This document shows, piece by piece, positions 35,194-47,691 of a stretch of DNA of 64,000 bases. The stretch is from Blepharisma stoltei ATCC 30299. Its lineage: Eukaryota; Protista; Ciliophora. The notes below the pieces were generated by a model. The model did not search any database, was not told the origin of the DNA, and saw only the letters and a list, made by a program, of their open reading frames with translations. The position numbers were made by a program, and so were the translations under genes. Each line of letters begins with the position of its first letter. The first letter of the stretch is position 1. The stretch covers positions 831,505-895,504 of the forward strand of contig CBFDEM010000005.1 of assembly GCA_965603825.1 (NCBI GenBank), read 5' to 3'.

Positions 35194-35889
35194 TTATTGA
35201 ATAAATCGCCTTAGCCATTCAGGAACATATGAACTGCTGCTGTCTTGCTCAATCTCCCTGATTTGTTCCTCCTGCTCTCTTCTGATTTTTTCTATTTCTT
35301 GAGCTTCTCTTTTTCTTATTAATTCCAATTCTTTTTCATGCTGGTTTTTCCTGATTTCTGACTCTAAAGCGCACTGTTTTTTTAGATTTTCAATATACTC
35401 TTGTGTTTCCAATTTTAGCTTTTTTATTTCCTCTTCATCCTCTTGCAGTCTTTCTGCATGTTCTTTGGCCATTCTCTCTCTTTCCTCTTGTATTTTTCTT
35501 TCTTCAGCCAGCAGCTGGTCCATTTCTCTTCTGAACTTAGCTTCATTTAATCGTCTTTGCTCCCTGATTTCTCGTATCGCTTCTTCGTCCATCATTCTTC
35601 TCTTCGTCAAGGCTTCTTCATATAGCCTTATCATTTCTTCTTTTAGCTTCTTCTGTGCTTTCGCGAACTCCTTCATTTTTTGCCTCTGTTCATTATCAAC
35701 CTGTTCTTTTGATTTCCTATATTCACTCTCTGAATTTATCATTTCTCTCCTATGGAACTCTTTCAGCTGCTCCAATTTTGCCTTATATTCTTCTTCCATA
35801 CGTCTAAAAGCCTCTTCTTTGCTTACAAAGACGACTGAGACTTCTTCTGGCGTGACGATGATTTCTTGTATGAAATATTCGTAGCTCAT
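35194..35889 (-). CDS. Charged coiled-coil protein C (cluster)
   Basis: 231-aa E/K/R-rich ORF ending YVPEWLRRFIQ. Confidence 0.75.
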   Translation of the reverse strand: MSYEYFIQEIIVTPEEVSVVFVSKEEAFRRMEEEYKAKLEQLKEFHRREMINSESEYRKSKEQVDNEQRQKMKEFAKAQKKLKEEMIRLYEEALTKRRMMDEEAIREIREQRRLNEAKFRREMDQLLAEERKIQEERERMAKEHAERLQEDEEEIKKLKLETQEYIENLKKQCALESEIRKNQHEKELELIRKREAQEIEKIRREQEEQIREIEQDSSSSYVPEWLRRFIQ

Positions 35890-35905
35890 CTTATATTCTA
35901 TAAAA

Positions 35906-36700
35906 ATGTCATACCCGCAGCATAATCAAATCAGCAGACAAGCTCCAGTTTTTAGCCATGGGCCGTTTGATAAAGCATTTAATAAAGTAAAAAACTGTGC
36001 CAGCTTTGGAATTAGAGTCACAGGGGAAAGGATGGCTTTGGATCAAGAATCTGGAGAGTGAAAACAGTATTCTCAAGGATTCGAAATTAGAGGGGAATCT
36101 GAAGAAGTCGCTAGAGAAAGAATGGAAAAAGAAATGGCCTTGGAAATTGAAAAGATAAACTATGAATATCAGTTCAAAGCAAGCCAGGAACTCCAAAAAA
36201 TGATATTTGCAAAGTCCAAGCTTAACGGCGAATATGAAGAAAGGATAAACGAAATCGAAGCACAAGCTCGTTTGTATAAGGAGCAGCTCGATAGAGATCT
36301 GAAAATGTTTGAAAACGAAGTTGAGCACGCAATCAAAAAATCAGGCTTAGATGGAGATCGTCAGATTAGTGAAATGCAAATGGAAACCCAAAACCAAGCA
36401 ATAGCAAATAATGGGCAAGTAAACTTAAATAGAATCGATGTCCAAAGGCAGGTACAAACCAGAGAGCTAAATGCACAGAAAGAAATCAATTTAGCAAGAA
36501 TGGCAATTGATAAGCAGTTAGCAGATATCGAAAATTATAAAAGAAGCCAGTTTGAAAAAGAAGCAAATAATTATGAAAAAGATAAAAATCAATTGGAATG
36601 CAATTTTAGAGCCAATATGGCCAGGCTGGAATCTGAAAAGCAGATTGCTATCGCACAGAAAAGAAATAAAAGGAGATGGTATCAATTCTTCCATAGTTAA
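35906..36700 (+). CDS. Hendecad coiled-coil protein D (cluster)
   Basis: ATG 35906 is in frame with ORF 36122 across a TGA; ends KRNKRRWYQFFHS. Confidence 0.75.
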
Positions 36701-37061
36701 TTCTAATAAATTATAGAAATCTCAGAAAATTCACTATTTTTAATTTAAAGAGTAGCAATAGCGTCTAAATCATGCTGATTATGGCAAAGCAATTATTGGG
36801 TATTCATCAATATTAATTCTCTTTTCTGATATAAAAGTTAAGGTTCTGAAGATAGCAGTCTTACAAGAAATGAATTAACTCCATTGTCAATGCCAATAAA
36901 CAAAAAGAGAAATAAAAGCTAAATTATATTTTACAATGTAAAAGTTAAACTAGCATATGACTACAGAGATTAAAAAAAAGAATATATCGAAAAAATACGA
37001 CGATAAAAAAATACAAATTATGGATATTTAGCTACATTAACTGACTATTAAAAATATAGAA

Positions 37062-38450
37062 ATGTCAGGAAATTCGATTCTTTTCCAAATTACAGAAAAT
37101 CCAAGAGATCTCACAAACTTGTACTTTGACCCTCAGCTTCACTATTGGATGGTAAATTTCCCACAAAGGCGATTGACTTTTGTGTGTGAATCCTGTGGCA
37201 TTGCTCTTAATCAAAATTCACATGATTTTCTAAATCAGCAAATACTTAGTAGCTATCTTGATCTGATTTTTGATGAAAACGTGATAAAAATCGCTATGAA
37301 AGACCCCAATTCGCAGTGCTTACTAGATATTTCTAATTTAAAAAGCACGACTTTTGAGCTGATATCTTTAAGCATAGGCGGATTTAGCTGCTCAATAGGG
37401 ATTACAAATGGTGAGCTAAAATTTTATACAATTATTGATGGCGAAATTTTAAGTGAGCGCAGCTGCTTGGCTAACAATATTATTATAGAAGATTGAACCT
37501 TAAAACAATCCCTAGAGTATTGGCACTCTGAAAAAATGCTTGATGCTCGTCAAGAGGGTGAGACTATCATTCTCTCAATAAAATGCAAAGATCGCCCTGT
37601 GCAGCTTTTAGAACAAATAGATGAAAGAATTGAAGCTGAAATAAAGAATTCTGAGAGCCAAAGCCTGAATAGAGTCCAAATGCTTCCTCAGATTGAAAAA
37701 AGATCAATGGACATGGTGTTTAATCACCTTACCCAAAACGGAGGAAGGTTCACAATTGAAAGCCAAGGGTGTCAGACCTTAACGGACGCCTATGGCAACA
37801 TTATTAGTATAGAAGACCCTGATACGGTAATTTCTTACCAAAATCTTGAAGTCATAGCCTATAATTACAAATGCAAATTGCAAGTTGTGAGGCACAAGTT
37901 TGAAATGAAAGAAAAAGAAATTAGTGATAACTATGGAAGAATTTATGAATTGAAAGAATTTGAAATGGAAAACGCAATTAAGATCAAAAATGCTGAAAGC
38001 CAGGCAGAAATAGAACATACTGAAAATAAGTATCGTCACGAGTTTGATATGCTGAAGCTCTCCCATAAGAGAGACATTAAACACATGAGAAAACAGCAGA
38101 CTATACAAGAAAATCAGCTATTAAACGATTACGAAAGGGAAAAAAGAAACACCAACAGAGATGTTGAACTTAAAAAAAGCCAATATACAAATGAGGCGTC
38201 CACCTTGAGAGAAAAAAACATGATAGCCCAGAAAAACATGATTAATATGGTGAATCAAACCAAGCTAGAGTGTCTGAAGAGGATTGCCAACTTTAAGCTC
38301 GCTGAGCAGCAAGAAATCAACAGGACGAACATTAATATTACCAAACTGAAGCAGGATCATGAACTGAGGCTAACTAGAGAAAGAAATCAAAGAGAAGTTA
38401 ATAATACAAAATCAAAATGGAGTTTTCTTCCTAGATTCTCCGTTTTTTAA
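37062..38450 (+). CDS. Hendecad coiled-coil protein E with extra N-terminal globular region (cluster)
   Basis: ORFs 37062-37496 and 37536-38450 are in frame across TGA; ends KSKWSFLPRFSVF. Confidence 0.72.
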
Positions 38451-38640
38451 AGGAAATCTAATTAATTTCTTACTTATGACTATGAATAATAATTATAAAG
38501 CAATTTTTTATAAAAAGGTGTTCTTTCTACTTTTATAGTTTCACTTTTGTGTCTTTTATCTTATGATGTGTCTTCTTTAAAATCCCTTAAATTATCGCAT
38601 ACAATTTGATTTCTAATAGGTCATTTGGATTCTACAAAAA

Positions 38641-39399
38641 ATGCACGATGAATTTCGAGCATCTGAGTGCTATGCCTCTTCTCATCAATCTCTTAGCATA
38701 AATCTTCAAAACTATGACTATATTCAAGATGCGACTTCTAAAGGTTTTAGTGTAACATACATAAATAAAGAAAAGCAAATTTCCTGAGATCCAATCACAG
38801 GAATCACTAGAAAAACAGAAGGAGGGTTTGCATTAACTATTGAAACTCCTGAAGCCCTTGCACTGAAGCAAAAGCATGAAAAAGACATCGCTCTGCTAGA
38901 ATTATCTCATAATGAGAAATCAGAAAACTTGAGAAAAGAATTTGACTGGAAATTCGATCAACTTATGCAAGAAGCACGTTTAGAGCTGCAAAGACTTGAG
39001 AAATCCAAACAAGAAAAACTCGAAGTTTTGAGAGAAAATCACAATTGGCAAATTTCTCAAGAGAATGGCCAATATAATAGTGAGATTGCAGTAATAGATA
39101 GACAAAGAGAGGAAGCTGAAAATAAGCATAGAAATAAGATAGCTCAGTTGAACCAAGAAAAAATTGATTGAATGAATAATGCGAATGCGGAATTTCAGCT
39201 GCAAGTTCAGCAAATAGCTCATCAGCACGAATATCAAATGACAGCGTTGAGAAATCAAGAGAGTGAAGTCAGGAGGCAAGAAGCAGAAGCAAATAATAGC
39301 TTTCAGCAAATTAAAGCACAGCAAGCAAGAGTGCTGCAGGACGCCCAACAACAGTACAGACAAAAACATTGATTCGAATTATTTTTTTTTAAACAATAA
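38641..39399 (+). CDS. Hendecad coiled-coil protein F (cluster)
   Basis: ATG 38641, three TGA read as Trp, ends YRQKHWFELFFFKQ*. Confidence 0.72.
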
Positions 39400-39477
39400 T
39401 TCCCCTTAATAGCAAAGTATTCATATTTAATATTATGTTGTAAGAGAGCCTGCAAAAATAATTTTTATAGATTTGTA

Positions 39478-40674
39478 ATGGCACAGTTTCCTTTAATAGC
39501 TATTCATCAGAGAAATATTGAAGAAATTTTTAAAGAAGAAGTGAAAGATATCTTTGAGTTCCTCATAACTAGACTCAGTATGTCCCCTTATATCCCAAAT
39601 GAAATATTTTTTTCAGGGATCACCCTCAAAGATGGTTATAACTTATCTATAGGAAAAGCAGGGATCAATTCATACAATTTGGAAATTTTCCATTATAAAC
39701 TTCTTGCAAAGCTTGAAAAGCACAGATGAAAAAATACAATCTTTCAGCAGATTAACCAAGATATTATAGAAAAAGAAGGAGAAATAGACGGCGATGAGCT
39801 GCAAATGAAAGCGAATTTGCTTTATGAATGCGATATTTTTGCGTTAAAGTACCAAAATCAAAATTGAGGAAATTTCCTAAATAAGCACTTATTAAATAAT
39901 ATAGAGAAGGCATCTGCTGAGCTGCAGCCATTTGGAAGCTTCAAATTTTTTCCAAAGATTATGAACACTGATGGCAGAACCGTCACAGAGATCGGTAAAT
40001 TCAAAATAATAGTTTTCCCTCAAACTATAACAAATATTGAAGATACATACCAACAAATAATTTTTGAAAAAGAGAAAAATAAAGCTTTGAGAAAAAAAAT
40101 TTTTAATATTGATTATAAAGAGCTTAATGGAAACGATGTCATTTTTACTTCTATGCAAAGATTTTCTGTGCATAATGGAAAGCCACATGGATATGGAGTA
40201 ATTGAAACATCTGATATGAAATACACAGGACAGATTAATAATGGGAAATTTCATGGGAATGGCGTGATGATTTCAAGGAAAGAACATATTAAATATGAAG
40301 GGCACTTTGAGAATGGCTATTTTATTTATGGGAGTATTAGCACAATAAATGAAAGGTTTGATGAATGATGTTCCAGAAGAGATCCTTACAACCCTAACCA
40401 ATGAATTAGCTATAGTTATTTTAATGTGGGAGAATTCCCTTTTGATCCCTTTGAAAAGGCTGAAAAAGAGTATACTAAAATATTTTCTGGAGAAAACAAA
40501 GAGTTAGAAGGAAATTTAATTGATGGTAAAATCAATGGATGAGGGATTCGATATTTTAAAGGCCGAAAGTATATGGAAGGAGAGTTTATTAACTCAGACC
40601 TAAAGAAAGGCAAAATTTATTATTATGATGACAGATATGGAATTATTGAAGAAAACGATTTCTATGCAGGCTAG
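39478..40674 (+). CDS. MORN-repeat-containing protein
   Basis: Continuous frame across 5 TGA; GKPHGYG, YTGQINNGKFHGNG, YEGHFENG, EGNLIDGKINGWG; ends TAG. Confidence 0.72.
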
Positions 40675-40805
40675 AGTAAAAGACAGAACTAAAGAAAAAT
40701 TGATTGTATATTACAATAAAAGATATGGAATTAGAAAGAGTCCGATAGATTTATTCGCATTATAAAGTAAATAACTTATCTTTAAATAAACAACCCCTTA
40801 ATAAA

Positions 40806-42023
40806 ATGAGAAAAGCAAACAAAAAAGAAAACAAAGAGAACAGGCAAGACCAAGAAGACTTAAGCGAGTATAAAGTCGGAATGTTAGTTTTTGCACAAAA
40901 TAAGCGTACTTTCTAGTCAGAAAAAGAGTGGCACGATGCCAAAGTGATTGAAATCAGAAAAAACAAAAATTACGCCCACAACCCAGTTGAGCAGAACCTA
41001 GAGTTTTACGTCCACTATGAAGGCTTAAACAGGAGATGGGACGAATGGTGTGTTTACGAAAGAATCAAGCCTTGAAATGAAGCAGAGTCCAAAAGAGACA
41101 ACTTCAATGGCCCAATAGTTGAAAACAACGAGCACGAAGGCTTAGATGAGCGAGACCTTGCCGAGCACGAAAGGCTGACAAAATTCAAAACAATTGATTT
41201 TATTGAAATCGGTAAATATCGCTGCGAAACCTGGTATTTTTCCCCGCTCCCAGACTCATTTCAAAATATAGATACACTTTACATTTGCGAATTTTGCTTA
41301 TCTTTTTTTAGATATAAAACAGAACTCATAAGGCATGCTAGCCGATGCAATCTTTTGCATCCAATGGGAAATGAAATATATAGAGAAGGCAATGTGTCAG
41401 TTTTTGAGGTCGACGGGGCACGAAATCCTTGCTATTGTGAAAATCTTTGTTATATTTCTAAGCTATTTTTGGATCATAAAACGCTCAGATATGATGTTGT
41501 GCCTTTTCTATTTTATGTCCTTACAGAAATTGATGAATTTGGCTGCCATTTTGCGGGATATTTTTCCAAGCAGAAAGAAGACCCTGTAGAGCCAACAAAA
41601 TATAATTTATCGTGTATTTTAGTTATGCCGTTTATGCAGAGAAAAGGGTTTGGGAAGTTTTTGATTAGTTTTTCTTATGAGTTGTCTAGGAAAGAACAAA
41701 AAATGGGGACCCCGGAAAGACCATTGAGCGATTTAGGCCATGCTTCGTATTTCAGCTGGTGGAGTGCAGAAATTATAAAATGCTTGGAAGACAGCCAAGG
41801 GCAAAACTTGTCCATTAATGATATTTCCCAGAAAACTTATATTGAGCCTGCAGATGTGCTGGAAGTCTTGGAAAAACTTCATATCCTGAGATATTCCCAA
41901 GGAAACCATGTTCTTTATACAAACCCAGACTTTCTGACGCATTTAATGAAAACCACAGGAAATCCAGGTCGAAGAGTTTTGCCTGAGAATTTGCATTGGA
42001 CTCCTCTGAGACTTATTCAATAA
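40806..42023 (+). CDS. MYST-family histone acetyltransferase (Esa1/KAT5/KAT8-like) with chromo-barrel
   Basis: Intron 40906-40920; FYVHYEGLNRRWDEW, WYFSP, CEFCL...H...C, KLFLDHKTLRYDVVPFLFY, QRKGFG, GTPERPLSDLG. Confidence 0.93.
40906..40920 (+). other. 15-nt intron
   Basis: gtactttctagtcag; contains an in-frame TAG. Confidence 0.82.
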
Positions 42024-42034
42024 TAATATTAAAG

Positions 42035-43231
42035 TTAATAAAATAAGCCAATTATTTCAATAATGCTTAGAAAACCTATCCAAATCCCAAAAATACTTTT
42101 GTGGGCTCCTGGATCGTCCATCTTCAAATATATTAAAAGGGGGAAAATAAGGCAGATTATAAGATTTGATAACTGCAATAAGAATTTTATTTGATCCAAA
42201 ATATTAGAGCACATTATACAAAGCAATAATGCGAATCCAACAAGTCAATAAGAAATTTTGTCATGGTTTACTTTTTCATCATCAAAGTGAATTCCATGAA
42301 TTATTTGCACCCAGCATAATTTTGCGACGTGGAGCAGCAATAAAGTTAAAAAAATCAATGATATTGCAATACCAGCAACCCCAATGGCCATAGTTGGGCT
42401 AAATGACTCAGAAATATTTTCATTTGATATGCTAAAGTAAATTAATGACAGATTACCCATTTTTCCAATATGGAAAATGGATCCTAAAATTGAAGTTACA
42501 GAAAATAAAATAAGAGCTGTAATTAGCACCAATACAGCAGACTTTCTGATAATACGTGGACTATTAGATTCTCTATAAATCATTGGAAGGCATATAGTAG
42601 CCGCAAAAGCATCTACTGAATTCCAAACAATCTCGAGCTGTCCAACGTCATTTCATTCGCTTCACCAGACAACTTTAGGATTTATTTTCCCTTCATTTAT
42701 ATATAAAAGAGTTACTAATAGCAAATAATTCCATAAAATGATAGAAAATATTGGTAAATATTTTAGGCTAAAAAGCATTTTTAGCTTCCCAAAAAGAAGT
42801 AGAGGGATACTGATTATAATCAAAATAATGAATCTGTCTAATAGGAAAATATCATCATTGCCATAATTTTTGGTTTTTAAAATTCCTACTTGAGTGAGAT
42901 CAAACCTTATTAGTGAAATTATTTTTACTTGATGATTGCATATTAGAATCATCGAGTACAAAAGCATGTTGATTAAAGCAAACTTAGCAGCTTTGTTTCC
43001 ATAATAGAAATTGACACACCCTCCATAATTCAAGTTCCCAGTGTCTTCGCAAGCAGATATGAATGAGAAATATATGATATAAAATGTTCCTGCAACTAAA
43101 AAATAGGTGACAAGACTAGGAATTATACCTACTTTGGAGACTGAAGAAGGTAAGACTAGAATTCCTCCTCCAATCGTAAAAGCGTAAAATACAAAAAAGG
43201 TAGGTCAAAATCTTTTGGATTCTCTATTCAT
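42035..43231 (-). CDS. Amino-acid transporter (Aa_trans/SLC38-like), copy 1
   Basis: Multi-TM; TIGGGILVLP motif; ORF pieces joined by TGA. Confidence 0.8.
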
Positions 43232-43509
43232 TTAAATATTATATGATAGAAAATTCAATAAAAAAATTTAAAAGTATACAGTCTATATTATTAGATGCTC
43301 TGCATAAAAAAAATTGTAAAAGGCGAACTTCGGTTATAGGGATTAAAGGATACTAATAGGTTAAATTATAAAAAATTACGATATGTCAGACCTCTTATAG
43401 AAAGATCAAAAGAGAATGCAAATTAATAATACTTATCAAAAATTTCAGAAGTAGTTAAGTCCTAACAAAGAATTTCTCCTATATGTTTAAAACGCTATTT
43501 TCATATTTA

Positions 43510-44709
43510 TTAATAAAATAAACCGATTATTTCAATGATACTTAGAAAACTAATCCAGACCCCAAAAATAATTTTGTGGACTCCAGGATCACCCATCTTC
43601 AGATATATTAAAAGGGGGAAAATGAGACAGATTACAAGATTCGATATTTGCATTGAGTATTTTATTTGGTTTAGAATATTTGAGCATACAATGAAAATTA
43701 ATATCACGAATCCAACCAACCAAAAGGAAATTTTATCATGATTTACTTTTTCATTGTCAAAGGAAATCCCGTGAATTATTTGCACCCAGCATAATTTCGC
43801 TATATGTAGCAGCAATAAAGTAGAAAATATTAATGATATTGCAATACCAAAAATCCCAATCGCCATAGTTATACTAAATTGTTCAGAAAGATTTTCTTTT
43901 GAAATGCCGAAGTAAATTAATTGCAAATTATCAATACTCCCAACATAAAAAATAGATCCTAAGAGTGCGGTCACAGAAAACAAAATGAGAACGGTAAATA
44001 GCACTAATCTAACAGCTTCTCTGATAATATAAGGGTCGTTGCACTCCTTATGCACTCTTGGAAGGCACTGAATTGCAGCAAAAGCATCAACAGAGTTTCA
44101 AACAATCTCTAACTGCCCAAGGTCATTTCATTGGCTGCTAAATCAAACAATTTTTGGTTCAGTTTTCCCATCTGCTATGACATAAACAGTTAGTAATATT
44201 AAATAAACCCATACAACGATGGAAAATACTGGGAAGTATTTTAGGCTAAACATCATTTCTAATTTTCCAAAAAGAATTAGAGGGATGCTGATTATAATCA
44301 AGATAATATATTTGTCTAAAAGAAAAAAGTCATCACTCTCGTAATTTTTGGCATCTAAAATTCCTACCCAAGTGAGATCGAACCTGATTAATGAAATTAT
44401 TCTTACTTGATGATTGCATATAAGAATCATACAATGAAAAAGCATGGTGATCAGAGCTAATTTTGCAACTTTGCTATTATAATAGGAATTGATGCATCCT
44501 CCATAGTTGAGATTCGAAGTCTCTTCACAAGCATATATAAATGAAAAATATATGATGTAAAATGTGCCTGCAATTAAAAAAAATGTGACCAAACTTGGAA
44601 TGATTCCGACTTTTGAAGATGAATCAGGCAAGCTTAAAGTTCCTCCTCCAATCGTAAAAGCACAAAAAATGCAAAAAGTTGGCCAAAGCTTGTTAGACTC
44701 CATGTCCAT
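43510..44709 (-). CDS. Amino-acid transporter (Aa_trans/SLC38-like), copy 2
   Basis: Tandem paralog of copy 1; TIGGGTLSLP; identical C-terminus SIIEIIGLFY. Confidence 0.8.
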
Positions 44710-46096
44710 TAAAGTATTATAAGTTAAGCAAAATTTCAATTAAATTTCTTGAGAAATATAGAATCTATATTATTAAAATATCCTATATAAGAGATAAAAG
44801 TAGTTTTTATAAGGATAAAATATACTCTTTTAGAGAATACAGCTAATTCAGCTTGCCTATAATTTATTGTGCTCTCTATGTGAACTGACTTTCCTTATAA
44901 GTTTGTTTTAATCCGAAGTCAAAGAAATTGGATATTTAAAGGTTAATAGAATCCAAATTAAAAAAGTAAAAATACACACAATAAATTTCTAAATAATATA
45001 GAGAGGCACTGTTAATATTAATTTTTATAGTTAATTGTAGGATCTATAAAATTTATATTTTATATTAATTATTTTATATTTATGAAAAGAAGTAATATAT
45101 AAATAATTTATATTGTTATAAGAAAATAATTTTCTGAATTGGTTGCCGAAATCAATGATACTCCATTTAATAGGTAATTATGGAAAATAGCCTTTTTAAA
45201 CCTCTTGAGCATCAAATCTAGTCTATGAATAAGTCTTGCTTCACAGGAAAAGGAGAATATAAATAAAATCCATGCCATTTATTACATTCTTTAAGTTATT
45301 TAGTGCAGAATAAACCTAGATGCAAAGCTCGCCTGAAAAAAAATTAGCAATAGATATTATGGGCGCTTTTATAAATTAAAAACTTTCTGTTGTATAAGCT
45401 TTGGAAGAAGGCCTTATTCTCTAATATATTATTAATTCTGTGAAAAAAGTGAATGATTTGATATTATACAAGATATAGTTAAACAATCACATGCAGGTAC
45501 TCAAGATTATTCATTTTCAAGCCAGAGATGCATTCTAAGGGCAAATTTTTGAGAATCCTAATCTAAATGATATTCACGCTCACTAGCTAAGCTAAGCAAT
45601 ATTATTTTGCAAAAAGTTGAATTACAAAGAGCCATAGTCAATAAAAGGAGAACTCTCATAATGATCATTTTGTCGACGGTTTAACTTAGCTTGTATTTTA
45701 TGATTAAGTGTCTAATTTATCTAAAAGATCTCTTTCCCAGCTGAGTTTGCCAAGCAATGCAGAGATATGATCCCTATCAGGCTTTAAGGAATTTGATGGC
45801 TTTGATTTCAATTAGATCTAGAAAGCAGTTTGGGTCCTTTAATCATCAAAAGCAGTTGGCAAGTGCTCTTTGGTGCAGCATAGAGATTGACCCAGCTCTC
45901 TATGAACTGAAATGCATAAAAATAGTGGAAGTTCAATAAGCATCATCCCCTTTTGAACTCAAAGCGTTATAAATGGTTATTACGTAAAAAAAAGATTAAG
46001 AAAATTTTAGAAAAATAAAATAGGTCTGAAAATTGCAATAAAATATATCTGTGATAAAAGACACCCTATCTTATAGCCTGCACTAATCTGTTGACT

Positions 46097-46957
46097 TTAT
46101 TTATATTTAATGTGATTGATTATTAAATTTTGTTGAATTGTTCCGATATAGATCATTCCTTCTACATTGAAATCAAATCTATAGAGTTCTGAGTTAATAA
46201 TGAAATAAAGAGAATTTTTATAAAAATCAAAGTACTTGAAAAGCATGTGGGCATTTTTGGAATGCTGAGATATTGAAAATCTACAAAACTCCTCTCATGT
46301 TTTGAAACAATCTTTTGTAATATAGATTTTTTCACTTAAAGAATCAAATAAATAGATTTTCCCGCCCATTTTGCATAAAAATTTTTCACTTCTCCTCTCT
46401 AAGTCCATGTTGATTTCGGAGTAAGAATTAGAAATAATATCATACTCAAAAATTGATCCAGACTGTTTTCCTGTCAAATAGATTCTATCATTAAATCCAA
46501 CGCATGAAATCATATCAAGCTTGAAAGGTAATGACGCTAAAGCCTTTCATCTATTTTTGTGTAAATTAAGTTTTTTTGCTGATGTAGCTTTGCATTCAAT
46601 ATTTGGCATTCCAAATGAGAAAATTTCGCCTTTATAATAGCAAAAATCATTGAACAGAAGCTTATTTTTTTTCCGAAAACTGGGAAATTTAAAATTGTCA
46701 TTAAAAATCGCTGAGCCATACCTAGGGTGATTGAGGATTCCTCAGTAGATATTGCTGTTTGGGAGAATAGATTTTCTGCCTAGAGTAAATCGTGTAGCCT
46801 GCTCAGTAATTGATAGGCTATTTAAGTCTATTCGCTTGATATATGATATGGTATGAGAATGAAAAACACAGCACCAAAGATATTGGGACTCTATTTCTTG
46901 CTCGTCAATATCTTGCTTTAATTGTAATTTATGAAGCATATTTATGCTAAATTCCAT
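46097..46957 (-). CDS. Divergent Kelch-like beta-propeller protein
   Basis: Continuous frame across three TGA; CYYKGEIFSFG, RWKALASLP, CVGFNDRIYLTG. Start uncertain. Confidence 0.6.
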
Positions 46958-47691
46958 TAGCAGTTCTCAGATTGTGCTAATTCCAGCTAAATATTCAGAA
47001 TTTAATATGCAAAAATGCTTCAGTATTTGGACTTGCAGTATTATAATAGCCAATTGAAAATATTTTTGCTTCAATTATGCTTTGATTATAAGTCTTTTAT
47101 GAATTATATTGCAATTATCTTTTTAAATACTATGGGAGTTCAAATCTTATGAAAGATTTAGCGTTTTATTCAATTTATAATAAAATATTGAAATTTTTAA
47201 AATCTAATTACTTGCTCCCCCTAATGGCTAGCGAGTAAAACCGCTGTAAGAAATCTTTTTTGGGATAAATTAGTCTCCTCTGTAGTCGAAAAAAATGTTT
47301 ATATACATGAATTTTTATATAATTAATAGTTATTTATGGCGCGTTTATTAGTAGTAAATTATAATAGCCATGGTTGTTCAGTTTAAAAAGAGTTTAGGAA
47401 TATTCAAAACTTTACATGTGGCAAGAAGTCAGGATTGCAAAAATTTTAGAAATCTTTTTTGCCTACCATAATAATTTGTTGTAAACGGTTATGATCCAGA
47501 TTGGGAAGCCTAAATAATTTCTGATAGAAAAAATATTTGTTTTCTTGCTACATAAGTAATATATCTAAGTTTTTTTTTTCGAATTCAAAATTGAAATTTA
47601 CAGCAGCATTTTTGCTTACATATAAATAGCTTTTTACTAAGTTTAACTGTTTAATAAATTTAAAACTTTGTATCTAATTATACTAACTTTT

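Noticed and set aside
45757-45939. 60-aa ORF in the long spacer
   Set aside because: No motif and no clear extension; cannot be supported as a gene
44740-47690. Retained IES, MITE or transposon in gene-poor stretches
   Set aside because: No terminal inverted repeats or transposase fragments seen by eye
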